Part shown: piece after piece, positions 1 to 8,159 of the stretch
Position numbering within the stretch: the stretch's first letter is position 1
Layout: each line of letters opens with the position of its first letter
From: a virus
Lineage: Duplodnaviria; Heunggongvirae; Uroviricota; Caudoviricetes
Reading direction: 5' to 3' (one strand)
DNA length: 39,712 nt
IMG/VR virus record: IMGVR_UViG_2778261706_000022
Notes under the pieces: generated by a model
What the model was told of the DNA's origin: nothing
Database searches by the model: none
The model's input: the letters and a program-made list of their open reading frames with translations, nothing else
Made by a program: the position numbers and the translations under genes

Positions 1-72
1 ATGATGGGGCGTTGCCTTTTCGGCTTCTCAGGCGAGAAGCCGTTCTTATTACCGGACAATGAAGGGGTAAAG

Positions 73-702
73 ATGAACACTTCACCGGTGCGAATGGATG
101 ATTTACCGCTTAACCGTTTTCACTGTCGAATTGCTGCGCTCACTTTCGGCGCACACCTGACCGACGGTTATGTTCTCGGCGTCATTGGTTACGCCATTAT
201 TCAACTTACGCCCGCCATGCAACTGACGCCGTTTATGGCGGGAATGATCGGCGGCTCGGCGCACCTTGGTTTGTTTCTTGGCAGCCTGGTTCTTGGGTGG
301 ATCTCCGACCATATTGGTCGGCAAAAAATCTTCACCTTCAGCTTTTTGCTGATTACGCTCGCTTCGTTCTTGCAATTTTTTGCCACCACGCCAGAGCATC
401 TTATTGGACTGCGCATTTTGATCGGCATTGGTCTGGGAGGCGATTACTCAGTAGGTCACACCTTGCTGGCTGAATTTTCCCCGCGCCGCCATCGCGGTGT
501 TTTGCTGGGCGCATTCAGCGTGGTGTGGACCGTAGGCTATGTGTTGGCAAGTATTGCCGGACATCACTTTATTTCCGAAAACCCGGAGGCCTGGCGCTGG
601 CTGCTGGCATCGGCAGCTCTGCCCGCGTTGTTGATTACGTTATTACGCTGGGGAACGCCAGAATCGCCACGCTGGCTACTTATAGCGCGGCGATTTTTTT
701 GA
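73..702 (+). pseudogene. MFS-family transporter gene, 5' portion only, interrupted by prophage insertion
   Basis: Translation has MFS/sugar-porter signatures (GxxxDxxGRQ-like loop, PESPRW motif). ATG at 73 follows a GAAGGGG Shine-Dalgarno. The frame ends in a TGA at 700-702 that coincides with the first prophage terminal repeat, and the protein is far shorter than a 12-TM transporter. Confidence 0.6.
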
Positions 703-764
703 TACCGATTTGCATTTCATTTGATACCGCTGAAAAACGCCGATACGCAACTTATTTGATACTA
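698..764. repeat. Prophage right-end terminal repeats (candidate transposase binding sites)
   Basis: TTTGATACCG at 698-707 and 720-729, TTTGATACTA at 755-764, a further GATAC at 742-746, and a GAAAAACGC motif at 732-740. Element probably begins with TG at 700-701. Confidence 0.45.
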
Positions 765-808
765 AATCGGCGCTTTTCTTTTGAGTTTTAGAATGAGTTT
801 TTAAGCGC

Positions 809-1546
809 TCATTCACTCTCTTTCAAACCAGTTTTAACTGTTTGTGGTTTTGGGTAAGGCTGGACTTTGAATAGCTTTGTGTTGAGGCGTTTTCTGGCCC
901 TCTTGTTCAGAAACCGGATGTAACGAAACTGTCGGAACTTATGAACACTGGCTCTGTCAATATTAGCCCTCAGATGTTCACCTCGTTGTCCGCCTCGTTT
1001 AATGGCATTCCTGCAAATCTCGTGATACCACTCGCCATCAAGTTCATAGAATATTGATTCATGGCTGCCTACATAATCAAAATTGCTTGCCTGATACACG
1101 ACACCAAGACAGCCACAACGCTCATCTGCAAACGACTGAACCCACTGTACCTGCGGATAAAGCTGCCTGATTAGCTTGAGCGCGTAACTGATTGCCCTTG
1201 ATTCGGAGTTTCTCGGCATACAGTCATGCAGCCATAGCCGGTTAAGCTCCATATATTCTCGGTTCTGCGTACCCGTTACGACGCGTGCACCACTGTTTGG
1301 GTTAAGGGCGTAACCCCATTGCATTACGCCAACAAGTTCCCGTTCTGAAAATATGCCCAGATGAAGGTAGGAGTTATTTACGAAACGGTGGCTGTAATGT
1401 TTATTGACGATGACCAGTCTGGCCAGCCAGCAACTTATTGTCTCAACCCGCAACTCACGGGAGCCATAACCAACGATATTGTCGTTATAGCGAATAAGTT
1501 CAGGCGTGCTGATGATTCGGGATGTGACTTGCTTTCTGTTCCCCAC
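809..1546 (-). CDS. mom: Mom-like DNA modification protein
   Basis: Terminal gene of the prophage, overlapped at its 5' end by a Com-like zinc-finger ORF as in Mu com-mom. Start is a GTG at 1546. Identity is by position and the com overlap, not by recalled Mom sequence. Confidence 0.6.
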   Translation of the reverse strand: MGNRKQVTSRIISTPELIRYNDNIVGYGSRELRVETISCWLARLVIVNKHYSHRFVNNSYLHLGIFSERELVGVMQWGYALNPNSGARVVTGTQNREYMELNRLWLHDCMPRNSESRAISYALKLIRQLYPQVQWVQSFADERCGCLGVVYQASNFDYVGSHESIFYELDGEWYHEICRNAIKRGGQRGEHLRANIDRASVHKFRQFRYIRFLNKRARKRLNTKLFKVQPYPKPQTVKTGLKESE

Positions 1547-1700
1547 GACAGGATTTCCTTGTGTATGTGGGGTGCTCTGTGGCGCTCGGAGATGTGATTT
1601 GATTGAGGGTTTTACAGCGCGGACATTTTACTTCCAGATAACTGAAACTGGCCCGTGCCAGTAGCTTATTGCAGTGTCGGCACCGTATGTTTCGATACAT
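1500..1700 (-). CDS. com: Com-like zinc-finger translational activator
   Basis: Translation [14 protein letters not shown]...CPRCK carries the CxxC...CxxC zinc finger of Mu Com. ATG at 1700 is preceded by AGGAGG. ORF overlaps the mom start. Confidence 0.7.
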   Translation of the reverse strand: MYRNIRCRHCNKLLARASFSYLEVKCPRCKTLNQITSPSATEHPTYTRKSCRGEQKASHIPNHQHA

Positions 1701-1739
1701 GACCGCATAACCTCCTGCTTTGTTGTTGATGCCTTTCTC

Positions 1740-1775
1740 ATGCAATCGATCGACAAAAACGATCGATTCGATTTG
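1740..1775 (-). promoter_or_regulatory. Candidate mom-operon control region with clustered Dam (GATC) sites
   Basis: GATC at 1748-1751 and 1761-1764 inside repeated TCGATCGA motifs, about 50-75 bp upstream of com. Confidence 0.4.
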
Positions 1776-1814
1776 TTTAATTGATACAACAAATAGATTG
1801 AAAAGTCATCAACA

Positions 1815-2279
1815 ATGATTCAGGGAGGTGATTATTTACTTAAAGAAAACGAAGAGTTAGGTGGTGAAAACGATCATAAAATGATCATTTTATTGACTTT
1901 TTATACAGTGAAGGTAGGATCACGCGTATATGTAGTATGTTTCAAATCAACAGGATACTACATAAAAGTGAAACCCAGCATAGCTGGAACTATGCTGGGT
2001 CAATCTGTAAAAACTTGCATCAATGCTTTACTTCGAGCTCGTGGCGTATCCTATGATATTCCCCGGTCTCCTGTAAAGCAGAGATGCATAAAAAGGAGAT
2101 CTTTATCATGGATGAAAGAGCCTGTTTGCCCTGCCTGTAAGACTCCCTTACAGCTCATCTATCGCCGTTCTCGATCTCAAAATGGCAAGACATACAAACC
2201 CAAAAATGCTTCCTGTTTCAGGATGCTGATATGTCCTGCCTGTTCTCCCAGGAGGGAAAATACACAAAACGTGCATTAA
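1815..2279 (+). CDS. Hypothetical protein with C-terminal CPAC...CPAC zinc-ribbon motif
   Basis: Only ORF in an AT-rich 570-bp gap and divergent from com. Two CPAC motifs in the translation. Start uncertain (internal ATG at 1881 possible). Confidence 0.3.
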   Translation: MIQGGDYLLKENEELGGENDHKMIILLTFYTVKVGSRVYVVCFKSTGYYIKVKPSIAGTMLGQSVKTCINALLRARGVSYDIPRSPVKQRCIKRRSLSWMKEPVCPACKTPLQLIYRRSRSQNGKTYKPKNASCFRMLICPACSPRRENTQNVH

Positions 2280-2317
2280 CAAACTCACCCGGCAGGGAAA
2301 CCTGCCGGTCGGTATTG

Positions 2318-2563
2318 TTACATCATAGTACCGTCAGTTCCGGGCTGAACCGGCTCTGGTTGCTCTACGGGTTGAGGATCATTTTCCGTGCTGTTTTCAG
2401 CCGGAGAACGGCCAACCATTCGGGCCAGCACTTCATCAACATATGCGTCGATTTGTGCCTCAAAATCCTTGCGAACCTGCGCCTTCAGCACGCGGTTCAC
2501 TTCTTCAGAATAAAGTGCCTGTTTGACAAGCTCTTCAGTAACCGTGCCTTTAATCTCTGGCAT
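2318..2563 (-). CDS. Hypothetical small acidic protein (81 aa)
   Basis: AAGGAG Shine-Dalgarno 8 nt upstream of the ATG. Helical N-terminus with a Pro/Glu-rich tail. Confidence 0.5.
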   Translation of the reverse strand: MPEIKGTVTEELVKQALYSEEVNRVLKAQVRKDFEAQIDAYVDEVLARMVGRSPAENSTENDPQPVEQPEPVQPGTDGTMM

Positions 2564-2598
2564 GAATATTCTCCTTTTGCAGGTATATTGCCCCGTTA

Positions 2599-2781
2599 TC
2601 AGAGCGGGGTCGGGTCGTTTGGGGATGACGGTGCCTGTGCTGTTTTACTGAGTTTTTCAGCTGCCGCATCATCAATTTTACGGCGAATATAATTTCTGAT
2701 GACCTTATAACCACCGCTCACCAGATATAACGCACTGACCACAGCGCAGAAATAAAGCAGCATTGTATGAACGAATGTCAT
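2599..2781 (-). CDS. Hypothetical small membrane protein (60 aa, one predicted TM helix)
   Basis: Hydrophobic stretch LLYFCAVVSALYLV. Upstream AAAGGTAAGG. Confidence 0.4.
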   Translation of the reverse strand: MTFVHTMLLYFCAVVSALYLVSGGYKVIRNYIRRKIDDAAAEKLSKTAQAPSSPNDPTPL

Positions 2782-2849
2782 ATAACCTTACCTTTGATAT
2801 TGACTACATAATTCGTTATCGGGTAAAAACATCGAAGCGACTGATAACC

Positions 2850-2874
2850 ACTCCTTCGGGAGTATTTTTATTTT
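2850..2874 (+). terminator. Intrinsic terminator-like hairpin (ACTCC-TTCG-GGAGT + T-run)
   Basis: 5-bp stem with TTCG tetraloop at 2850-2863 followed by ATTTTTATTTT. Confidence 0.45.
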
Positions 2875-2893
2875 CCTTTATGGGTTAGGTAGC

Positions 2894-2932
2894 TCCCGCC
2901 AGCCATATCATGACCGGCGGGATTTTTTTATT
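2894..2932 (+). terminator. Intrinsic terminator-like hairpin (TCCCGCC...GGCGGGA + T7)
   Basis: 7-bp GC-rich stem at 2894-2900 / 2916-2922 followed by TTTTTTT. Overlaps the esterase stop codon on the opposite strand. Confidence 0.45.
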
Positions 2933-4967
2933 CTGTTACCGCTTTTTTCACTTCCACCACAATGCTGTCAATCAGCACCGGGTAAGTTGCATTTTTTGTG
3001 ATATCCGTTACGCGGAGTTTGTCCACCGGGAAAGTTCCTACTGGTGACTGCGTCAGGGTAAACGCGGCACCATCCTGACCATCAATAACCGGAATAACCT
3101 GAAGGCTGTTATTTCCTGCAAAACGGAAGGCCAGCGTATGCCATTCATTATCAAATGCACCAAAGGTTCCCAGTTTCTGGTTATTTGTTGCCACTTTTGC
3201 ATTGTGGTACATCACATTCAGGTCTTTTGCGTCTGTCTGGATGTAGAACGATGCCAGCAGATTATTCCCTGCATCCCCTGTCAGGGTGACACCCTGCGGC
3301 AGAGAGGAAACCGGCCAGTAAAGCCCCATGACATACTGGTTTGCCACCAGGTCGCCAGGTACTTTAAAACGACAACTGATTAAACCACCATTTTTCAGCA
3401 GTTCAGCACCAGTACCGGCATCATGATCCAGATACCAAGATGATTTACCTGTTTCCTTGGTCAGTTTCATTGCCTTACCACCTGTGCCTCCTGCATCACT
3501 GATAATTTCAGCTTTACCGCCAGCCGGCTCCCAGCCCTGGGCTTTCAGATTTCCTTCTGACTCACTGACACGATAAGACAGCAGTGTTGTGGTTACTGCT
3601 TCAGTTTCTGAAGGTGACGGCACTGGTGCTTCAGTTTCAGAAGATGGAACATCGGCTTTTACTGTGGTTCGCCCCGCATGAGTCAGAACTGCCGTGGCCA
3701 GACGGTCGGAAATAATCCCACGACGTGCCCATGAACTGAAATGGCTGGCCCGGTCCGCAGATGTCCAGGTGGCGGCACTGTTACGCCACGTTGAGCCGTA
3801 ATAACCAATGGATTCAATATCCGGGTCTTCTGCCGGATTGTTGGTGGGTACATTCGCGTCATTTTCATCTGTCATTAATGGAACGAAATGAATGTTTTTA
3901 TCTGTTTTGTTTTTGTAGCCGCCATAGATTGCCTGGTATGCCGGTTCATTTTTCTGTTTCCAGAAATACGTGGTATCGCCACAAATCCACGGAACGCCAG
4001 CAGCACTGCCACCGGTACACTGTTCCGCCTGTTCAGCCAGGTCTGCGCGGAATTTTTCCACCATCGCCAGAAACAGCGCGGAATGCTCCGTCGGCTTCGC
4101 ATCAATATCAAACTCGCCCTGCATCCACACCACAGCAAGCAGGCGGTTTTTCGGGTTCTTCGCCAGTGCCGCTTTTGTCCGGCTGATTAAGTCCTTATAC
4201 AGCGGCTTATCCACACCCCAGCGGGCTGAGTCCTCTGAAGCACCCGTGCTGTCACTGTACGTGCCGTCAGCACCCGCCGTGAATGCAGAACCACCACGGC
4301 AGCAGGGAACCAGCAGAATCCCCGCATCTGCCGGAATAAACGGCAGCAGTTTTTTGGCAATGTGAAGCCCCTGACCCACGGTGCCATATTGCCCTTTAGC
4401 CACATCCGCTTTCGGGTGATTTTTTCCACTCATATCCTGCACATCATGCAGACAGTGGTCGGCCAGAATGATGTCGTTATACTGACAGGCTTTACCTCCC
4501 GGCGTGACTGTACTGCGACGGGCTAACTGCATAATACGCGGTTCGGGGCGGTCATATGTCTCCGGCAGTGGCAGACCTTCACCGTAAGCCATACCGTTTG
4601 ACTGACCAGCAAGAACCACCACGTAATACCAGGAAGGGGAGCTGGAAGCAGTTTCATTTCCTGACGGACGGGTATGTGTTTCAGCATTATCCCAGTCTGA
4701 CGGTTCAGCAGTACCGGCAACATCAGCACTTAACGGAATGACCGCACCAATACCCGCTCCGGTAATTTCCACACTCGGATCACCGGATACTGGCCTTACC
4801 CACAGGCAATCCCGTGTATTAAAACTGATGAGACAGTCAGCAAATGTCATTCCTCCTTTTGTTTCGGCCGGAGGAAAGGGAGCCTCAAGAAATGCCGCTG
4901 TACCACCGGAAACTTTAACAGTAAAGTTTCCGGGCATTGATGATAGTTGAACCCATTTGGACGTCAT
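2928..4967 (-). CDS. SASA/SGNH-type carbohydrate esterase with C-terminal lectin-like domain (NanS-p-like sialate O-acetylesterase candidate)
   Basis: 679-aa ORF with VLAGQSNGMAYGEG and WMQGEFD motifs typical of the sialate O-acetylesterase (SASA) family, a Pro/Ser/Thr/Glu linker (SETEAPVPSPSETEA), and a C-terminal beta-rich domain. No signal peptide. Confidence 0.6.
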   Translation of the reverse strand: MTSKWVQLSSMPGNFTVKVSGGTAAFLEAPFPPAETKGGMTFADCLISFNTRDCLWVRPVSGDPSVEITGAGIGAVIPLSADVAGTAEPSDWDNAETHTRPSGNETASSSPSWYYVVVLAGQSNGMAYGEGLPLPETYDRPEPRIMQLARRSTVTPGGKACQYNDIILADHCLHDVQDMSGKNHPKADVAKGQYGTVGQGLHIAKKLLPFIPADAGILLVPCCRGGSAFTAGADGTYSDSTGASEDSARWGVDKPLYKDLISRTKAALAKNPKNRLLAVVWMQGEFDIDAKPTEHSALFLAMVEKFRADLAEQAEQCTGGSAAGVPWICGDTTYFWKQKNEPAYQAIYGGYKNKTDKNIHFVPLMTDENDANVPTNNPAEDPDIESIGYYGSTWRNSAATWTSADRASHFSSWARRGIISDRLATAVLTHAGRTTVKADVPSSETEAPVPSPSETEAVTTTLLSYRVSESEGNLKAQGWEPAGGKAEIISDAGGTGGKAMKLTKETGKSSWYLDHDAGTGAELLKNGGLISCRFKVPGDLVANQYVMGLYWPVSSLPQGVTLTGDAGNNLLASFYIQTDAKDLNVMYHNAKVATNNQKLGTFGAFDNEWHTLAFRFAGNNSLQVIPVIDGQDGAAFTLTQSPVGTFPVDKLRVTDITKNATYPVLIDSIVVEVKKAVTE

Positions 4968-5066
4968 AATAATCAGCCTGTTCCTGAATAAACTGAATTA
5001 TCATATCCACAGACCGATAAACGCCATTTTGCGTTAATTCAGTAAAGGCCCAACAAAGGGAGCGTC

Positions 5067-5627
5067 TTATTTTTCCGAAACGCTCGCAGGATAATAACGA
5101 TAAAGGGTTGAAAGGCCGATATCAAAAATAAGTGCCACCTGTCTTCGACTGACACCCCCGGCCAGTAAACGCCCGACCTGCTCGTATTGTTCCTGCGTGA
5201 GACGACGGGGTCTGCCGCCGGTTCGTCCCCTTTCACGGGCAGCTGCAAGACCAGCCCGTGTCCGTTCGACAATTAATTCACGCTCCATTTCTGCCAGCGC
5301 ACCCATTATGTGAAAAAAGAAGCGCCCCATGGGGGTTGACGTATCAATGTTGTCAGTAAGACTACGAAAATTTATCCCCTGTTGCTGTAATTCATCTGTC
5401 AGCGCAACAAGGTGGCGCATACTGCGCCCCAGCCTGTCCAGTTTCCAGACCATCAGTGTGTCACCGGGTTTTAGTTTCTTCAGTGCCCGCTTCAGTCCCG
5501 GCCGCTGTGTCGTTTTACCACTCATTTTATCTTCAAAAATCTGCTCACATCCTGCACATTCCAGCGCATTTCTTTGTAAACCTGTGTTCTGGTCATTTGT
5601 TGATACGCGTATATAGCCAATCAGCAT
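5067..5627 (-). CDS. gin: Serine DNA invertase (Gin/Pin/Hin/Cin family)
   Basis: Translation MLIGYIRVSTNDQNTGLQRNALECAGCEQIFEDK...FRSLTDNIDTSTPMGRFFFHIMGALAEMERELIVERT closely matches my recollection of Mu Gin. Adjacent to an invertible segment. Confidence 0.9.
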   Translation of the reverse strand: MLIGYIRVSTNDQNTGLQRNALECAGCEQIFEDKMSGKTTQRPGLKRALKKLKPGDTLMVWKLDRLGRSMRHLVALTDELQQQGINFRSLTDNIDTSTPMGRFFFHIMGALAEMERELIVERTRAGLAAARERGRTGGRPRRLTQEQYEQVGRLLAGGVSRRQVALIFDIGLSTLYRYYPASVSEK

Positions 5628-5681
5628 GTATTTACCTTCCTTAAAAAGAGGTGGAAAGGCCTTTTAAAGCAGATATACGGC

Positions 5682-5707
5682 ATCCCTGAAACCTCGGTTT
5701 ACGGGAT
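5682..5707. repeat. gix-like recombination site (gin-proximal)
   Basis: ATCCCTGAAACC-TC-GGTTTACGGGAT: imperfect 12-bp inverted half-sites around a central dinucleotide, resembling gix/hix/cix sites. Confidence 0.6.
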
Positions 5708-6052
5708 ACTGTAAACAGGGCCGCGAATGCCCTGCCATCGAACGGAGCGGCTGTTGCAGCGAATAAACTCGCCACTCCAAGAAATATTAATGGTGTCCCA
5801 TTTGACGGAACGCAGGATATAAATATTACATCGGGGATGACGCAGTCTGTGGCTGACTCACGTTATGTTCAAAGCATTCGAAGAGGTTCAAGGTCAACGA
5901 TTGGAATGCAATATAATATTTTTGAGGTTCCTGACGGATGCGTACTTACAGGGCTTGATGTCGCTGGTGATGGTAATGCAACGGTAACCGCATATTATCG
6001 ACCTGTTCAGTTTCTGATAGATGGTTCGTGGAAAACAGCTTCCAGCGCATAA
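5708..6052 (+). other. Silent alternative tail-fibre C-terminal cassette (S'v-like)
   Basis: Frame is open from the gix site. Translation GLRDTVNRAANALPSNGAAVAANKLATPRNINGVPFDGTQDINITSGMTQSVADSRYVQ parallels the expressed fibre segment GLRETVNKAADALPSGGTAVAANRLATPRNINGVPFDGTLDINITSGMTQSTADGRYVQ, then diverges to a different C-terminus. No start codon of its own. Confidence 0.65.
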
Positions 6053-6131
6053 AAGTGCAGTAGTTCAAAAAACAGATTATCTGAATAAATATATGATGAT
6101 TTTGTCTTTTCAACAAAAACAAGGTGAAATA

Positions 6132-6653
6132 ATGGAGCTTATTAACGTAAAACGATATTACCCGGAACACAAACCCTATGGTGAGGATGTTCAGTATTTC
6201 CAGAGTGAGGACGGAAGGGATTTTTATGAATCTATCCCGCTTTTCACAAAGAAATACAAACTCTGTATTTCGCCTGTAACGGGTATTATCTGCTCTGTTG
6301 CTGAAGATGTCTCTGCTTTATATCCGGCAGGTTTTACTGTTGTTGAAGTGGACGAACTGCCGGAAGGTGTGAATATTGACGGTAACTGGCAGTTTTCTGA
6401 TGGCCTGATATCAAAGGTGCCGGTAAACTGGAAGACGGTTGCTGAAAAGCGCCGCTCATCGCTGCTCCAGGAAGCCAACGAAACTGTGGATGACTGGAAA
6501 ACGGAATTAAAACTGGACATGATTAGCGATGAAAATAAATTACAGCTGACGCGCTGGATGGCGTATATCCGACAGCTTAAAGAAATGCACTTTAATGATA
6601 TTGCCAGTGAGGGGCATTACCAGGCGATTCCCTGGCCGGAAAAACCGGAATAA
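6132..6653 (+). CDS. Tail fibre assembly protein (Tfa/U-like)
   Basis: ATG at 6132 is preceded by AAGGTGA. Translation MELINVKRYYPEHKPYGEDVQYF... has the typical N-terminus of phage tail-fibre assembly chaperones. Lies immediately downstream of the S'v cassette on the same strand. Confidence 0.7.
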   Translation: MELINVKRYYPEHKPYGEDVQYFQSEDGRDFYESIPLFTKKYKLCISPVTGIICSVAEDVSALYPAGFTVVEVDELPEGVNIDGNWQFSDGLISKVPVNWKTVAEKRRSSLLQEANETVDDWKTELKLDMISDENKLQLTRWMAYIRQLKEMHFNDIASEGHYQAIPWPEKPE

Positions 6654-6658
6654 TTCAG

Positions 6659-6682
6659 AGGGTGCATTCAGCACCCTTTTCT
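6659..6682 (+). terminator. Intrinsic terminator between convergent tfa and tail-fibre genes
   Basis: AGGGTGC-ATTCA-GCACCCT hairpin followed by TTTTCT. Confidence 0.5.
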
Positions 6683-6687
6683 GTGGT

Positions 6688-7599
6688 TTACACTGAACTT
6701 ACCGTTCTCCAGGCATTATTAATATAAATCTGAACCGGGCGATAATAGACCCCACCGATATTGTCCGCAGACCGGGAGCCGGTTTCCTGCACGTTAATTC
6801 CGGAAAGCATACAACCGGAAGGTGCGCTGTAATTCCATGACATTTCATTGCCTCCGGGTGAATGATAGCTCTGTGCTCCAAGCTGAACATTCTGTACATA
6901 CCGGCCATCTGCGGTTGACTGCGTCATTCCTGACGTGATGTTGATATCCAGCGTTCCGTCAAAAGGAACACCATTAATATTTCTTGGGGTGGCGAGTCTG
7001 TTTGCTGCCACGGCGGTTCCACCCGATGGCAGGGCATCAGCAGCCTTATTTACCGTTTCCCGTAAACCGACGTTATCGATAAAAGCGCCTTTATCCGGAA
7101 TGTCTGCGCCGTTCTGCTCCCTGCGCAGGTAACGGTTATCACCTTCGCTTTTGCTGTAAACATCCAGATTATTACGGGCGGTTCCCGCATTCTCCAGGTC
7201 GGCAAGGTTCTGATCCTTCGCCAGAGCATTAACGTCACCGGGACCAAGACTGTTTTTTGTGGCAAGCGCCCCAAGACCAAGATAACCACGGGCAAGACGC
7301 TGGGCTTCCGCACCGGCATCAGCAATTTCTTTCAGGTTGTTTTTCCGGGAAAAGGCATTCGCAGCGATAATGGCTTTAATGGACAGCGTAAGCTGGTTTA
7401 ACTGCGCCTTATCCGGCTGAATACTGGCTTCAGCCAGAATATTCAGCAGTTCGGCCTGGAGAATATTCAGCCAGTCCTGACCAATCCAGCTGATACCTTT
7501 TTGTCCGTCACCTTCGGTAAACCAGGTGGTGGTATTACTCTGCGCCGGTGCCAGCGCAGGCATATTCGCCACGCCGGAATTATTATCAACATGGAACAT
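6688..7599 (-). CDS. Tail fibre protein (constant part + currently expressed variable part)
   Basis: ATG at 7599 overlaps the upstream stop as TAATG. A gix-like site lies inside the ORF at 7057-7082. C-terminal segment is homologous to the silent cassette at 5708-6052. Confidence 0.7.
   Translation of the reverse strand: MFHVDNNSGVANMPALAPAQSNTTTWFTEGDGQKGISWIGQDWLNILQAELLNILAEASIQPDKAQLNQLTLSIKAIIAANAFSRKNNLKEIADAGAEAQRLARGYLGLGALATKNSLGPGDVNALAKDQNLADLENAGTARNNLDVYSKSEGDNRYLRREQNGADIPDKGAFIDNVGLRETVNKAADALPSGGTAVAANRLATPRNINGVPFDGTLDINITSGMTQSTADGRYVQNVQLGAQSYHSPGGNEMSWNYSAPSGCMLSGINVQETGSRSADNIGGVYYRPVQIYINNAWRTVSSV
7057..7082. repeat. gix-like recombination site inside the tail-fibre gene
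   Basis: TTCCCGTAAACC-GA-CGTTATCGATAA. Its reverse complement shares TCGGTTTACGGGA with the gin-proximal site, and homology continues ~170 bp into the segment. Confidence 0.6.
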
Positions 7600-8159
7600 T
7601 AAATATTCTCCTCTTCGTGACTGTTTGCATATACGTAAATAAACGTCTGCCATGCAGGCTTATAACGGTTCAGAATACATTCCAGCGCACCGCCTTCATA
7701 AATACGCAGCGGCGTGAGAATATCATCCAGCACATTCATATTCCGGTAGCCGGTTTCACTGTTAATCGTGACAATACTGACCCACTGTGAATCCGGTGAT
7801 GGCTGAATATCTATTTCATAACCAAACTCTGCCGCAAACCGGATATAAAATTCACGGTTAAGAGAGGGTTTCATCCGGTATTTATTCCCGGCATAACGCT
7901 GACGCTCCTGAATGGTTGCGCCGGTCATATCACATTCCGGTAACCCCAGATAACGCTCCCAGTCTTCCAGCAGCAGACGGGATGAATCAGGAAAACGTTC
8001 TGCCAGCATCTGGTTACCGGTCCAGGAAACACGCTCCGTGGAATGACTGAGGCCCAGGCACAAAGCCGCAAGAACGGATGACGGCCGCTTATCCCATGCC
8101 AGCCCGTCAGGCAGCAACTGCAACAGGGCGCGCTGATGCGGGGTCAGGGTTACAGCCAT
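7599..8159 (-). CDS. Baseplate/tail protein (Mu gp48 position)
   Basis: 186-aa ORF translationally coupled between the baseplate J-like gene and the tail-fibre gene. Confidence 0.55.
   Translation of the reverse strand: MAVTLTPHQRALLQLLPDGLAWDKRPSSVLAALCLGLSHSTERVSWTGNQMLAERFPDSSRLLLEDWERYLGLPECDMTGATIQERQRYAGNKYRMKPSLNREFYIRFAAEFGYEIDIQPSPDSQWVSIVTINSETGYRNMNVLDDILTPLRIYEGGALECILNRYKPAWQTFIYVYANSHEEENI

Larger units (their letters stand above)
5694..7070. other. Gin-invertible segment (G-segment analogue, ~1.38 kb)
   Basis: Bounded by inverted gix-like sites at 5682-5707 and 7057-7082. Contains the variable 3' part of the tail-fibre gene (minus), one tfa gene (plus) and a silent alternative fibre 3' cassette (plus). 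Confidence 0.6.

Noticed and set aside
103-428. Two minus-strand ORFs (98 and 75 aa) inside the transporter gene
   Set aside because: They lie antisense within a gene with clear MFS motifs and are rich in Arg/Lys/Gln; treated as shadow ORFs.
2231-2692. 153-aa plus-strand ORF
   Set aside because: Composition (Cys/His/Arg/Leu/Phe-rich, no motifs) is typical of an antisense shadow. The overlapping minus-strand 81-aa and 60-aa ORFs have good Shine-Dalgarno sequences and protein-like composition.
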